Numbered from the stretch's first letter, positions 13,148-26,213 are shown. The stretch is DNA of 64,000 nt from Octopus sinensis (GCF_006345805.1 NC_042997.1:189100001-189164000), one strand, 5' to 3'. Program-made: numbers and translations. Notes: a model not told the origin generated them from the letters alone.

Positions 13148-14478
13148 TTAACCCTTTCATTATCATAGTTCAATTGAAATACACTGCTTTTGTTTTAATT
13201 TTGAAAATAATGAATTGAGTGAAATAATTTTTATCATTATAAGACCCCGGGACTTATTCTTTTGTAAGCCCAGTACTTATTCTATCGGTCTCTTTTGCTG
13301 AACCGCTAAGTAACGGGGACATAAACACACCAGCATCGGTTGTCAAGCAATGCTAGGGGGACAAACACAGACACACAAACACACACACGCATATATATAT
13401 ATATATGTCGGTGGCATGTAAAAGCACCATCCGTTCGTGTTCGTTGCCAGCCTCGCCTGGCCCCGTGCCGGTGACACGTAAAAGCACCGTCCGTTCGTGG
13501 CCGTTTGCCAGCTCTGTCTGGCCCCGTGTCGGTGGCACGTAAAAGCACCATCCGTTCGTGTCCGTTGCCAGCCTCGGCTGGCCCCCGTGCCGGTGACACG
13601 TAAAAGCACCGTCCGCTCGTGGCCGTTTGCCAGCTCTGTCTGGCAACCGTGTCGGTGGCACGTAAAAGCACCATCCGTTCGCGTCCGTTGCCAGCCTCGG
13701 CTGGCCCCCGTGCCGGTGACACGTAAAAGCACCGTCCGTTTGTGGCCGGTTGCCAGCTCTGTCTGGCCCCGTGTCGGTGGCACGTAAAAGCACCATCCGT
13801 TCGTGGCCGTTTGCCAGCTCTGTCTGGCCCCGTGTCGGTGGCACGTAAAAGCACCGTCCGTTCGTGGCCGTTTGCCAGCTCTGTCTGGCAACCGTGTCGG
13901 TGGCACGTAAAAGCACCATCCGTTCGCGTCCGTTGCCAGCCTCGGCTGGCCCCCGTGCCGGTGACACGTAAAAGCACCGTCCGTTGTGGCCGGTTGCCAG
14001 CTCTGTCTGGCCCCGTGTCGGTGGCACGTAAAAGCACCATCCGTTCGTGTCCGTTGCCAGCCTCGGCTGGCCCCCGTGCCGGTGACACGTAAAAGCACCA
14101 TCCGTTCATGGCCGTTCGCCAGCTCTGTCTGGCACCTGTGCAGGTGGCACGTAAAAAACACCCGCTACACTCGCGGAGTGGTTGGCGTTAGGAAGGGCAT
14201 CCAGCCGTAGAAACACTGCCAGATCTGACTGGGCCTGACGAAGCCTTCCAGCTTCACAGACCCCAGTTGACCCGTCCAACCCATGCTAGCATGGAAAGCG
14301 GACGCTAAACGATGATGATGATGATGATGATTAAGCTAGTTTTCTGGACATAGAATAGCATAAAATTTTGATGGAAAGTTTTTAATATAAATTACTTGCA
14401 AACAGTTTGTATGCTAAAACCAGAAGTGGTCTCAGGCAGGTTGATTTCAAAATGATTAAATATTCATTAAAGGGTTAA
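13148..14478. mobile_element. piggyBac-like (TTAA-flanked) MITE interrupted by an F2 fragment (-, ~13248-13400) and an F3 element (+, 13406-14331)
   Basis: Ends ttaaccctttc... and ...aaagggttaa; homologous to the uninterrupted copy at 23247-23596. Confidence 0.65.
13406..14160 (+). repeat. GC-rich minisatellite of 12 units of ~61 bp inside a SINE F3
   Basis: taaaagcacc recurs about every 61 bp from ~13419 to ~14090; the F3 body and (GAT)n tail continue to 14331. Confidence 0.95.
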
Positions 14479-15238
14479 TATGTATTCAGTTCTGTCTGCT
14501 ATAATTCCTTTTATTATCTTCATCATTAATATATTTCTAATACTCGAGTTCTTGAGTGCTGTACCATTATACTTGTATCAGCGGTCACTGTTCATAAATG
14601 AAAGCATCAGTAGTAACAGCTTCAGTAATCTACTTTGTCTGTCTGTGAGTTGTTCTACTTTGATTGGACTGGAATGTTCTGAACCATCACTTTCATACTT
14701 AGCAGATTATATGCTAATAAATCATTCAGTATTATAAAACCTAATCTGAAAACATCTGCCTCTGCTTTATCACCAATAGGATCAAAAGCAGAAAAGTGCT
14801 CCAGATATAATCTAAGCTGTCAATTAACCGATCTAACATAAGTTATTGTTGCCTGTTTCTTGTGTCTCATGTTGCTGTGAACTTGGAAATATAATCTTTT
14901 GTGATTTTTCTGTTTATCACGTTGTCTGAAAGTTTTTAATGCTTTTTCGTATTAATGGATACTGTAAAAGTATGGCCGTGTGGTGAAGTTTGCTTCGTTA
15001 CGTGGTTTTCAGTTTGATCTCACTGCAGAATCCTGGGGGCCATTGGGAAATGTATTCTACTTTAGCCTTGGGTTGATCAAAGCTTTGTGAGATTTTAGAG
15101 ATGGAAATTATATGAAAATCTGTTGTACCTGTGTGTGTGTGCATGCACACATATATGTGCATGTAAATATATGTGCATGTGTGTGTGTGTTTGTATGGGT
15201 GTATATTGTTCGGTTGAGTGTGTAAATATATGTGCATA

Positions 15239-15294
<56 letters not shown>

Positions 15295-15296
15295 TA

Positions 15297-15628
15297 AGGT
15301 AAAGACCCCCTTCAGTCATGAATGACCATTGCACCTAGAAAGTTCCCCTTTGAGGCAGAAGTCCCGGTAAGGTTGTTTATGCATGACCAGCAGTCGCCCA
15401 TGCATACCAGTTTCCCCTATCCATGTCACTAATGTTATCCAAGAGAAAGGCAAAGGCTGCTACAGCTTGGCACCAGTGATGTTGCAACTCATTTCTACAG
15501 CTGAGTGAACTGGAGCAACATGAAATAAAGTGTCTTGCTCAAGAATACAACACATAGCTCAGTCTGGGAATTGAACTCACTACCTCATGATTGTGAGCCC
15601 GATGCTCTAACCACTGAGCCATGTGCCT
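15297..15628 (-). mobile_element. tRNA/CORE-type SINE (family F4)
   Basis: Reverse complement: aaggcacatggctcagtggttagagcatcgggctcacaatcatgaggtagtgagttcaattccc (A/B boxes), followed by ttgagcaagacactttatttc (CORE-like). Confidence 0.75.
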
Positions 15629-15653
15629 TTACTTGTGTGTTTGTGTGTGTGTG

Positions 15654-15720
<67 letters not shown>

Positions 15721-15778
15721 ATATATATGTTTGTATGTATGTATGTATGTATGTGTATATATGCGTGCGTTTTATATA

Positions 15779-16614
15779 TCTATATACATAAATGTGTAAT
15801 GGTGTCTGTGTGTGTGTTTGGGGTTACTCTAACTCCTACCACACCATCCAACCGATTTTAAGGATTTTGGCACATAGGTAGATCAAATAAGGCCGGAATC
15901 TTTTGAAAACTTGATAATGTTCAGTTGGCATCAATTTTTGTGAGCTCAATCGGGCGTTTGAATGGAAATTCCCATAATGATGTTATTTTTCCTGCAGCTT
16001 TTGCTTTTTATGTCTGATTTTGATGAAAATCAATGAGTGAGTGAGGCTCATGGCAGTGAGTTGATGTCAGTATATGGCGTGGATAAAAAATTGATAATTG
16101 CGCCTGAGCAATGGTTTTATAAAATCAATAGGCATTTTGCGTGCAAATACCCACAGGGATTTTATTTTTGGCCATAACTTTTGTTTTTTTATTCGATTTT
16201 AATGAAATTTGAGATTTAGGTAAATTTTGTAGTAGGGGAGACGGTTAAAGTTTTAATTTAATTCCAGAGGAATTGGAAGGGCACAAGTGTGTATCAGCTT
16301 TTTTCAGAGACTATTCTATCGATTTTAAGATATGTTACACATGATTACAGTTCATGAATGTGGCATGTAGAGTTGACAAAAAAATTGATAATTGCACATG
16401 AGCAGGGGATTATTATGAAATTATTAGGCATTTTGTATGCAATTGAACTACACTCCAACAATCAACCCAGGAATTATGAGGTACCTCTGCTAAAGTACCT
16501 TGAACATGATGTCATTCATAAGATTCAGACAGAAATTTTATCAAGCAACGTTTACAACAGCATAGGCTTATCCTTAACACAGAAAACCCGAGCAATGCCG
16601 GGTACAACAGCTGG
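15779..16614 (+). mobile_element. Non-autonomous Helitron-like element (decayed)
   Basis: 5' TC-tatatacataaa; 3' hairpin acccgagcaatgccgggt followed by CTGG; same 3' end as the 38771-39163 element. Confidence 0.55.
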
Positions 16615-17313
16615 TATATAAATAAATCTTTTACAATTCCAGGATAGAAAGACAACTACTGTTAATATCAAATCCAGGTGAAAGCCCACATTATCTTCAG
16701 ACTGCTTGGGCTCTCCATGTTGCAAACATTTAATTTTCTCAACAGGAATGCTCCATGCAACATGAAAATAATCTGGCTTTTGACTAGATTTGAAATTAAT
16801 AATAGTTGCCCTACCATCTTGAAATTGTAATATATTTGTAAGCCTACAATAGATTTACCTTGTATGTGTGTGTGTTTCCTCCGTAAGTAATTTTTTTCCT
16901 GATGTAAAAAAGGAAAGGATGTAAACATTGGCAAAAAAGTAAAAAAAAAGTGATTGTTTTGAGTAAAAATACAGTTTGTAGTATATGTTCTACCAAATTG
17001 TCTGATAATCTCTTGTCAGTCTCACAGTCCTGAAAACTTGCTTTTGTCCAGCAAATGCAATATAGGATGAAACAAAAATAAAAATAATTACATTGACATT
17101 AACTTAATGGATATATGATTGATAAATACTTCTGTTTCTTTAATGAATCCAGGTTACTTTTTAATGGTTGTTAAAAATTGTTGTATCTTTGATGTGTATT
17201 GTATGGTTATAATACAAGGTGTTATCAACGGCAACTGTTTTCTCCATTAATTGATGGAATTTATTAACAGTGGTTATTCTCTGTTGAATTATTTCCTTTT
17301 CTTCTAAAACCAG

Positions 17314-17442
17314 GTGCCAGAAACCAGTATGTTGATGTAATGAATCCTAATGCTACAGCCCAAACTGTTCCAAAGAATCTCTTCAATGTATTGCCTCCAA
17401 CCACTTCTGCAGCTCCAACTCCAGGTATTTTTGTTCCTCCCG
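17314..17442 (+). CDS. SEC16: SEC16 coding exon: (G)ARNQYVDVMNPNATAQTVPKNLFNVLPPTTSAAPTPGIFVPP
   Basis: Acceptor aaaaccag|GT, donor CCCG|gtaagt; 129 nt, phase 1/1. YVDVMNP matches the conserved YVDVLNP motif, and FVP is also present. Confidence 0.92.
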
Positions 17443-17654
17443 GTAAGTAACAGAGCAACATTTTTATAACTTATTATACCAACTTTTTCAGTGTTGCACA
17501 ATCTTATATTAGCAAATTCTGAATAATTTTCAACATAAAGATGTTGTACATGAAATTTTTTTGATACTGACAAATCAAAGCTTTAAAATGTTGATTTCTT
17601 TTGATTACATACAAAGTGCCAGAGTTATTGGGAAAGGATTTTAGAATGTGTAGT

Positions 17655-17895
17655 CATCATCATCATCATCGTTTAACGTCCGTTTTCCATGCTAGCATGG
17701 GTTGGACGGTTTGACTGGGTTCTGGGAGGCCAGGAGGCTGCACCAGGCTCCAGTCTGATTTGGCAGTGTTTCTACAGCTGGATGCCCTTCCTAACGCCAA
17801 CCACTCCGTGAGTGTAGTGGGTGCTTTTTACGTCCCACCGGCACAGGGACCAGGGGAGGCTGGCAAACGATCACGATCGGTTGGTGCTTTTACAT
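17655..17895 (-). mobile_element. SINE F3
   Basis: catcatcatcgtttaacgtccgttttccatgctagcatggg...ggatgcccttcctaacgccaacc. Confidence 0.85.
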
Positions 17896-18754
17896 GCTTT
17901 TACGTATTTATGTTTTACTCAATCCATATGGCTTATAACTGACAGTCAATAATGAGTTTCTGATTTAGACCATTTAGTGTTTACTTATTCCTCTGTATTA
18001 CTCTTCAACAACTTGGCTTTTACTCTATGGTATTTGCTTGGATCTTGTGGGTGAAATCCTAATTTCCTGTATTGCAAACATAGGAGTCGGAAGAAATTTA
18101 GGGAAAAAATAAGGCCCGGGGGTGGGGTGGGGTGGATGTCACCTTGGACATGCTAGAAAGAAGAGGTAAAGGACAGGATTTCTGGGAAAACTTCCTTTTA
18201 AGTTTTGATTGAAGATCAGGTTTTTAAATACGGTCATCACAAACACAAATTACACAATAGAAAAAGATAATTTCAATTGGGTTTGAGCTTTTAATTTGCG
18301 CATGCACACTGCAGGAATTAACATAATTTGCACAGAAGTTTTACCTAGAGTGTGTGTATGTATGTGTGTGTGTCAAAGGAAGTTATTTTATGGCATTCTT
18401 TCATTTGAAGAAGCAAAGTTGTCAACTTGACATATGTGGGTAGGAAGGAGGCAGGACATTTGATCGCAGTATCTTATAACCGTATTTTGTTTAAAGAAAT
18501 CACACAGATTGTAGTTTAACATTTGTTACCAGGCTGTTCTAAATTCATGGGAATATTGCTTATAATTTAAAGTCTTATTAATTTTTTGAAGATAATGACT
18601 CTACTCTGATAGGTGACGCATTGGGGTGGGGGTGAATAACTGAGATGGGGGATGGAATGATGGCCGGAATTTGATAGGTTCAGAACTTAAGGTTTGTTTA
18701 TTTGTTATTTCATTAAAGACTGCTGTTTTGACTGTGCAGACTTAATTATAAGTG

Positions 18755-18808
<54 letters not shown>

Positions 18809-19735
18809 TGTATACTATCTATTATGACATTTATTTCAATTAGCTATTATACATTTTATTATATTAATTAAGAAATAGTTATTTAGTAAATAATTAAATT
18901 AAGAAAATATGAAGTACACCATAATAAATTTAATTACATGGAAAAATGCAAGCATGTAAAGTAATATTCTTAAGATTATAAACCTGGAAAAGTACAGGAC
19001 AAGTTATTACACATGGAAAAATATAGGACAAGTAAAGAATAAGAAACTTTTTTACTTAAAATGTTGCAGCAAAGAATCCCAGTTCTTCTAATTTATCACT
19101 CTTTACAGTTCTCATCTTTTAAATTTATTGTACAAAACTGTTCAGCTAATTTGTAAGTTTGTCTAATTAGTCACTTTTTTCCATATTTAAGGTAGTAAAT
19201 TAACCAATTTCTACTTAAATAAGTATAGTGTTATTTGTAAACTATAATAAAATGATTTTTAATATTGAAATTTTAATTGCAATATTTTAAGTAAAAAATT
19301 TCTTATTGATCAGGTTGACAAAGGTGGGGTACTCCACTACATGCGGCGGTAGCATGTTGTCAACAAACAGGTCTACAATCCTTCTAGAAAGGGTCATAGA
19401 CACTGCCTTTCCTTTCAGTCTAAGAAATAAAAATGAAGTGGAAATATTGTGGAAATCATGAGTATTTCTATACTTCTCAGATTGAATTAAATTCTTCCAA
19501 GGGAAAGCAATAGGCCAACTTCCTATCCAAGGGAAATTTAATTTCTCCTCAGCTTAATGTTATGAAAACTGGAACTTAAAGCACTTGCCTGATCACATGG
19601 GCTTTTTAAAACTGATCAGCAATAGTTTGTTGCTTTATCTCAATTGGTGACCAATTTTTAGTATTTTGGACTTTCCTTTTCAGCAGTGAACACCCATTGA
19701 TAATAACATTGAATTTTGTTTCTTTTATTGAATAG

Positions 19736-19815
19736 GTACAAGTAATTTTAATGAAACAAATGCTTCCACTAACAACAGTCAAAATGAGACAATTAGCCAA
19801 CAAGAGTTATCAGAG
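19736..19815 (+). CDS. SEC16: SEC16 coding exon: (G)TSNFNETNASTNNSQNETISQQELSE
   Basis: Acceptor ttttattgaatag|GT, donor GAG|gtaag; 80 nt, phase 1/0, open and compatible with both neighbours. Low-complexity linker, so homology support is weak. Confidence 0.75.
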
Positions 19816-20609
19816 GTAAGATAAAATATTTTCTTCTATCTTAAAACTTTTGCCTTGCCACTTTGGTTATTCACTCCTTAAATAAAAAAACAACCCAAAA
19901 CCAGCATAATCACGTTAATTCTTTTTTTTTTTTTTTTGATGTGTGTTTTGAGATTTAAATCTGTAGCTGCATATATAGGGAAGGGATTTATTGTATTTTG
20001 ATCACTAATTTCATCAAGAAAACATCTTTGGGCTTTAAGTTGTTAGTGAACATTTCCCTGAATTGCTACCATGTATTAACACACAGCTGATATTGGAAAT
20101 TCATTAGCATCATTTTGATAGAAATTTTTCTTTATGGCTTTCTTAGCTATCTTTTGTTTATTTTGAGCAGACATTAAAACTTGTTACTTCTCTTTAAGCC
20201 TAGATCATTGGTAATCATTGATCTAACAATATCAGTTGATGACTTAATTTTGTATTCTATGAAAAGTAATAGTCATATGATTCGTACAAAATGTTTACTT
20301 TGCAACGTGATTCAGGTACTATATTATTACTTGACAGTTTTAATTGCTGCTTAGAATTGCTCATCTACATTAAAAGACAGCTATATTTACTATTTGAGAG
20401 GGTCATTACTATAAGCAATATTTTTTCCTAAGACAGCATATCAAAATGTAAAGAAAATATGTTTGCTATCTTTTGATTAAATTTCCATGTATGTTTGGAT
20501 GCATGCATGCAATCATTGCCTCTATAGTGAGTTGATTCTGAGCTACTCTTGTTCTGCAATGTCCATCTTGGGTTTCATGAATGTTTTGCCCACTTAATTC
20601 CCATTCCAG

Positions 20610-20675
20610 CTGTCTAGATCCAGCTCTATGAGCTCCCTATCTCAAGAAGTGCAGCAGTTGACCCTCAAACAACAG
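20610..20675 (+). CDS. SEC16: SEC16 coding exon: LSRSSSMSSLSQEVQQLTLKQQ
   Basis: Acceptor cccattccag|CTG, donor CAG|gtaaac; 66 nt, phase 0/0. Closely resembles human SEC16A LSRCSSMSSLSREVSQ (recalled). Confidence 0.85.
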
Positions 20676-23246
20676 GTAAACCTCTCCCAACCTCTCACTC
20701 CATCTGTTCACACCGACACCTCTGTCACCTTTCTGTGCTTTGTAGATTTACTGATCAGTCTTCAGCTTTTGTAGCAGTAGTTTAGCTTCTTCGTACCCTT
20801 CTGTAATTGCAGCTTGTAATCCGTTGCATGTTCTCCACTGTGTTGTGTGTTGTTCTAATGGATATGATGTTTCATGTATATTAATCGTTTGTGTATATGT
20901 CTGTGTATACATTTAACATGCACATGTTTAAAACGAGATGAAACCTGATGATCATGTGTACTTTCCCTTCTGTACTTGACTGTTAATCTTGCTTTAGCAG
21001 TTTCTCTTTCCAGTCATTATCTAACTCTCCTTATAAAGCACAGTACTTCTATAACAAGCGAGTACTAATTTATCAACACTGCTATTAGTGCACTTCAATT
21101 TTCAAAATTTCAGTGAATAGTACTGTGCTTTATTCTAATATATATATGTATATTTTCCTCTATTTCATAAAATTTTCAAGTGAAAATTTAGTTTCTTTAG
21201 TTTGATATATCTTCACTCCTATAAATAACCTATTTTATTTCCTTTAATAATTAAGTAACTGTTTCAGTTTCTTATGTTGAGTTATATTACTAAAGAAAAT
21301 AAAAAATAAAAATAAAAACAGGCAATTTTCATGAAAAGTTTTTGCTAAATATTTTCCACTACACATATTAAAAGACATCCCCAAAACTTGCTATTCTATT
21401 TGTAGAATTACAGGACATTTAATATGTATTATAGGTATTGCATCTTTATATATTCTGATACACAAAAATGTTTGTATCTTCACTGAACTCTATCATGATA
21501 TAATTTTTATAACATTTAGTTTTAAGCCTGTATGTTTTTATAGTTAAGCAATCAGTACCAGACCAGAAATTTCTGCAGAACTTCACTTGTTAACTAAAGT
21601 ATTTTTGGAAGTAGAGGTATTTTTAGTCATTTAGCTCTTCGAATATTTTTAGGTTCCAGTTGTTTAAATTTGATTCTGAAATAGTAAAATCTTAACTACA
21701 TGGAAATGTTGAGTGAGGAAAAAACTAATTTTTCATTTAATACAATCTTGGTTGATAGTATAAAGCACTCTTGAATCTCCGCAGTGAGTAGTTTGGTAGT
21801 GCTGAAATTATAAACAAATGCAACCTGTTGATCTATTCTGTTGTTTGTTATTATTCATTCAGAGATGGCAGAGAGGAGCAAATATCTAAAATATCTGCTG
21901 AAAGCTTTTGCAATGGTGAGCAACTTGTAAATGTTTTCATTTGGTTTTGTATGTCAGATATGTGCAGTATATACCTTGTTATTGAGCATGTATATAATTT
22001 AAAGTGCAACTGACTTTCAAAACAATTAGAATGCTTTTTTTTGTATGTTTGGAAAATTATATTTCTAGAGTTACTTTTTCAATTTTGAAAGCTTTCTAAC
22101 AGTTTTGATCTGTTTTCTAATTGGTCTATGTTTGCGTGTTTTCTTCAACTTTCCTAATTCCCATTATTCTAACATGTTATTAACATATTATGCTTAATGA
22201 ATTTATTCTTGGTTTTCAAGTTGACTCTTCACCTAATGTTGGCATAGCATACTCAGCACTTAAAGAATATCATTGATATCTAAATTATCTATTATTTCTT
22301 GCTTTAAATTGAAGTCCATCTTTTCTAGTTAAGCTTCCTCTCAGAACAGAGATACATAAGTGTAATTGTACTGTTGTGGTTATATATCTTCCTGTTTATA
22401 GTAGTTTACTTTACTGGATGTATAAGATTTAATGTTTACACATACTTTTGAAAGATATTCAGTTTCCTCAAACCTGCCAAATTTGAATGTTCTTATTCAC
22501 AAATCAGATTTAATATTTAGTTGAATAGCTTTTCTGTTGAATAAAAATAATTCTCCATTCTGTCTGAGGTTATTTTCAATCCCAGCATTTCTGAGTACTA
22601 ACAAATTTTTTGTTTCTCTATGACCTAACTGATTGTGTTTTTTGACCATTTAATACTAATTATTACTTGACATTGTTTTTCCCTTGAAAACCCAATTTTG
22701 ATATGACTACATTTACTAAGTATTAATATTTACAATCCTTATATAACACACTGATGCATTTTGTGTATTAATTTTTTATTAACATTATTTTGTACAATAA
22801 TTTACAAACTGATACATTTTAAAATATTTAAAAAAATAATTTTGTGATATGGTTTTGTTAATTTAGTTTTTACCTTGATCATTTACTAAAATGATATATG
22901 CCATCATTTATTTTTTAATTATACTATTTGCATTGTAATATGTTTGTATTTTTTATATTGTTTTCACAGTAGCATGCCTAACATCTTGTATGTTGTGAGG
23001 ATATACAATATGATGCTTACTTTTCATTTTCGTCATCATTGGGATGTTTCCTATCAGACATTAATATTTCATGTATTCTCGGCTTTTTATGTTTGCCACT
23101 GTGTTGTAAACATTTCTTTAATGCATGTAAAACCAAATTAAAAAATTAGGTTAGAGTGATATTTCACAAGTATGGATTGGGTTTCTTAGGTTTCAGTCAG
23201 TCCTTTTTTAAAATTAATTTATTACTAATTCATCTTCTTTTCAGTA

Positions 23247-23596
23247 TTAACCCTTTTATTACCATAATTTGTTGAAACACACTTCCTTTGGTTCAATTAA
23301 TTTGGAAATTAATGAATAATTTAGTAAAATAACTGTCATTATTATACTATCATTTGGGACATAAAGTAAGAATATGAATGAAAGGTTTCCATTTAGATCT
23401 CTTTTCACTCTTTAGTATCCAAATTACTCAGTCAAATGTAATGCTTGTTTATTCACATTATTTTGATGCATTGTCTCATAGCTTTGAGATTTTAATGATG
23501 TTGGGTGGATGTGAGATGCCGGATTTTCCCAGTTTGAACATAAAACAGGTAGAATATTTAGGTTGGATTAGGCCGGTTTAAATGCTAAAGGGTTAA
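23247..23596. mobile_element. piggyBac-like TTAA MITE (uninterrupted copy)
   Basis: ttaacccttt...aaagggttaa termini; internal gaaatacac..ctttg..gaatttagtaaaataact shared with copies at ~5394, 13148 and 47433. Confidence 0.65.
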
Positions 23597-24003
23597 AACA
23601 GGAAGTTTGTACTGGGCATTTTTTTTATGCAGGTTGGTATCAAAAAGGTTAAAGGGGGATTTTATGGATGGGTTCATGATAGTTCGTATTCCAATTGAGA
23701 GATTCATTGGAATTTATTAAATTGTGTCAGACTTGGTTTTTAATGTTATCAAATATATTTATGCTGTTTGGTACAGTGCATAGATACACAGCCGTACACA
23801 TTCACAAGCACACTATTACTGCACTCCCTCACTGTTTCTTTTCAAAAGTTTCACATCCAAGTTACTGTTCAACTACTTGAAGTATGTTGCTTATTGTGTC
23901 ACACAGGAATGACGGTAGGTTGGGGGAGTGGGGGTAAGAAGTCAGCAAAAGGAGTAATGTGAGAAAGCACAAGATGTACTTAAGTACTTTACTTTCTTTT
24001 CAG

Positions 24004-24021
24004 AGCCACTCACCAAGAACA
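24004..24021 (+). CDS. Candidate 18-nt microexon (SHSPRT) or start of an alternative last exon (SHSPRTVSASHRC*)
   Basis: Strong acceptor tactttactttcttttcag|AGC; possible donor ACA|gttagt; frame-preserving at phase 0/0. Confidence 0.3.
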
Positions 24022-24779
24022 GTTAGTGCCTCCCATCGCTGTTAGCATTCACAGTCATGAGTGATTGTTTTTAACTTGAGTTGGCAACAGCTACCCTATC
24101 CTCCATTTCTTTAAAAAAAAAAAAAAAAATCTAAAAGCAATACAATAGAAGAAAAACCTTGTGCAATTTAGATTAAAATTTTTTTTTACATATATGACTA
24201 GAACTTTCTTATACCTCATAGAATTATGTAAACAAAGAGGTACCTGTATAGAGTGAGAGAAGAAACAAAGAGCAGCACTTGTAGTTTTTTTTTTTGTGTC
24301 ATTGTTGGGTGTTAGTATCATAGTTTTCTTGGTCTACTGCTCTAACCACTAAGCTATGTACCTGGGAGATTTTGATTGCCGTTTCTCACAGGTCGAGCAA
24401 TTGTGCAGAAACTCTTTACTGGGATCTTTTCGGTTTGAACGGCAGTTTTTTCTAGCGGTGTCATATGAAATTGTCACCCATAATTATGACCCTAGTATCG
24501 ATCTATTGCATTTCAATCTGTTTTACGGTTAAGGTTAGTTAGGAGTGGGGGGAAGGGTATCTTTTTTTTTCTTCACAAATGTAAATAAACCCAATCTAAA
24601 AGCAATACAATAGAAGAAAAACCTTGTGCAATTTAGATTAAATTTTTTTTTTACATATATGACTAGAACTTATACCTCATAGAATTATGTAAACAAAGAG
24701 GTACCTGTATGGAGTGAGAGAAGAAACAAAGAGTGGTACTTGTAGTTTTTTTTTTGTGTCAGTGTTAGGTATTAGTATC

Positions 24780-25014
24780 TATTTCTTTATTACCCACAAG
24801 GGGCTAAACACAGAGGGGACAAACAAGGACAGACATAGGTATTAAGTAGATTACATCGACCCCAGTGCGTAACTGGTACTTAATTTATCGACCCCGAAAG
24901 GATGAAAGGCAAAGTCGACCTTGGCGGAATTTGAGCTCACAACGTAACGCAGACGAAATACTGCTAAGCATTTCGCCCGGCATGCTAACGTTTCTGCCAG
25001 CTCACCGCCTTAAC
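24780..25014 (-). mobile_element. Full-length young SINE F1 with a 17-bp TSD
   Basis: TSD tgttaggtattagtatc at 24763-24779 and 25015-25031. Confidence 0.9.
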
Positions 25015-26213
25015 TGTTAGGTATTAGTATCGTAATTTTCTTGGTCATTCAAGCTATTGAATATAGGTGTTTGTAGTAATAATATAATTTATAGTATTAG
25101 GAGGAAAGACATGTGAAGTAAGAGATACTTGTTGCACTGGATTGAGTGAATCATTGCCTTTATTTCCTGAGTTCAAACCCCGCTGAGGTCAGTTTTACCT
25201 TTCGTCTTTTCAGGGTTGATATAATAATAAAGTACTGGTCTTGTATGGAGGTTGATGTTATCAACTCCCATCTCCTCCAAAGATTGTTAGCCTAGTGTCA
25301 GAATTAGAAGTATTATTATCATTATTATTATTACTATCATTATTGAGCTGGCAACATGCTTGTAGAATCATTAGCATGTTGGACAAAATACTTGTTGGCA
25401 TTTCATCTGTCTTCACATTCTGAGTTCAAGTTCCACTGAAGTTGACTTTGCCTTTCAGCCTTTTGAGGTCGATGAAATAAGTACCAGTTTTCAGGCCTTT
25501 TACCTATAGTGTTGTTTGTTCCTTCTCGAGACATACCTGGCTCATAAGGGCCGGTTTCTCGGTTTCATTGGCATATAGGTTCCCCACCTGGATGGAACGC
25601 CAGTCCATCTCAGGTGAGCTGCTAGATGCAGGACAAAAGAATGAGAGAAAGTTGTGGTTGAAAGAGTCAGCATTGACAGTGAAGGAGACACTTTTCCCTC
25701 TTGGTCAGAAAATCTGTCCACTACCAATAGTTTGTTCAAGAAGATTTTAGAATTCTATAGCTTATGTTGCATATGCAAATGTTTAGATTAAAGCATCTGC
25801 AATGACATCTAACATAGCAAAGTGGTTTGGTTGTTGTTTCAGATTTTTTTTTTTCTTTTGCATCTGGTAAATTTTCCTCAGCTCTAGAGTTCTCAGGGAT
25901 AATTTTCTTTGGCTCTTTCAGATTGAATGTCATGGCCAGCTTCTTTGTAGGGTCATTTTTCCAGGCGATATTACTTTTACATAAGGTTAGCAATCTGAGA
26001 ATCGTTAGCACACCAGGCAAAATGCTTAACGACATTTCATCTGTCTTTACATTCTGAGTTCAAATTCTGCTGAGGTTGACTTTCATCCTTTTGGGGTCAA
26101 TAAGTACCAATTGAACACTGGGGTCAATGTAATTGATTTACTTCCTCCCCTAAACATGCTGGCTTTGTGCCAAAATTTGAAACTATTATTACTTTGACAT
26201 ATTTCTCCATCAT

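Noticed and set aside
13406-14160. Regularly spaced repeats resembling a CRISPR array
   Set aside because: There are no unique spacers and no cas genes, the context is a eukaryotic intron, and the units are internal repeats of a SINE.
13306-14210. Six overlapping ORFs up to 272 aa
   Set aside because: They are produced by the GC-rich 61-bp minisatellite (periodic GAFTCHRH/CFYV peptides), not a gene.
18115-18140. G-run gggggtggggtggggtgg (G-quadruplex candidate)
   Set aside because: It has only three full G-tracts plus GG and is isolated, with no further support.
21863-21915. Possible exon (ttcattcag|AG ATG...ATG|gtgagc)
   Set aside because: The first AG gives an immediate in-frame stop. 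Only a weak GAG acceptor 2 nt downstream keeps the frame, and no homology was recognised.
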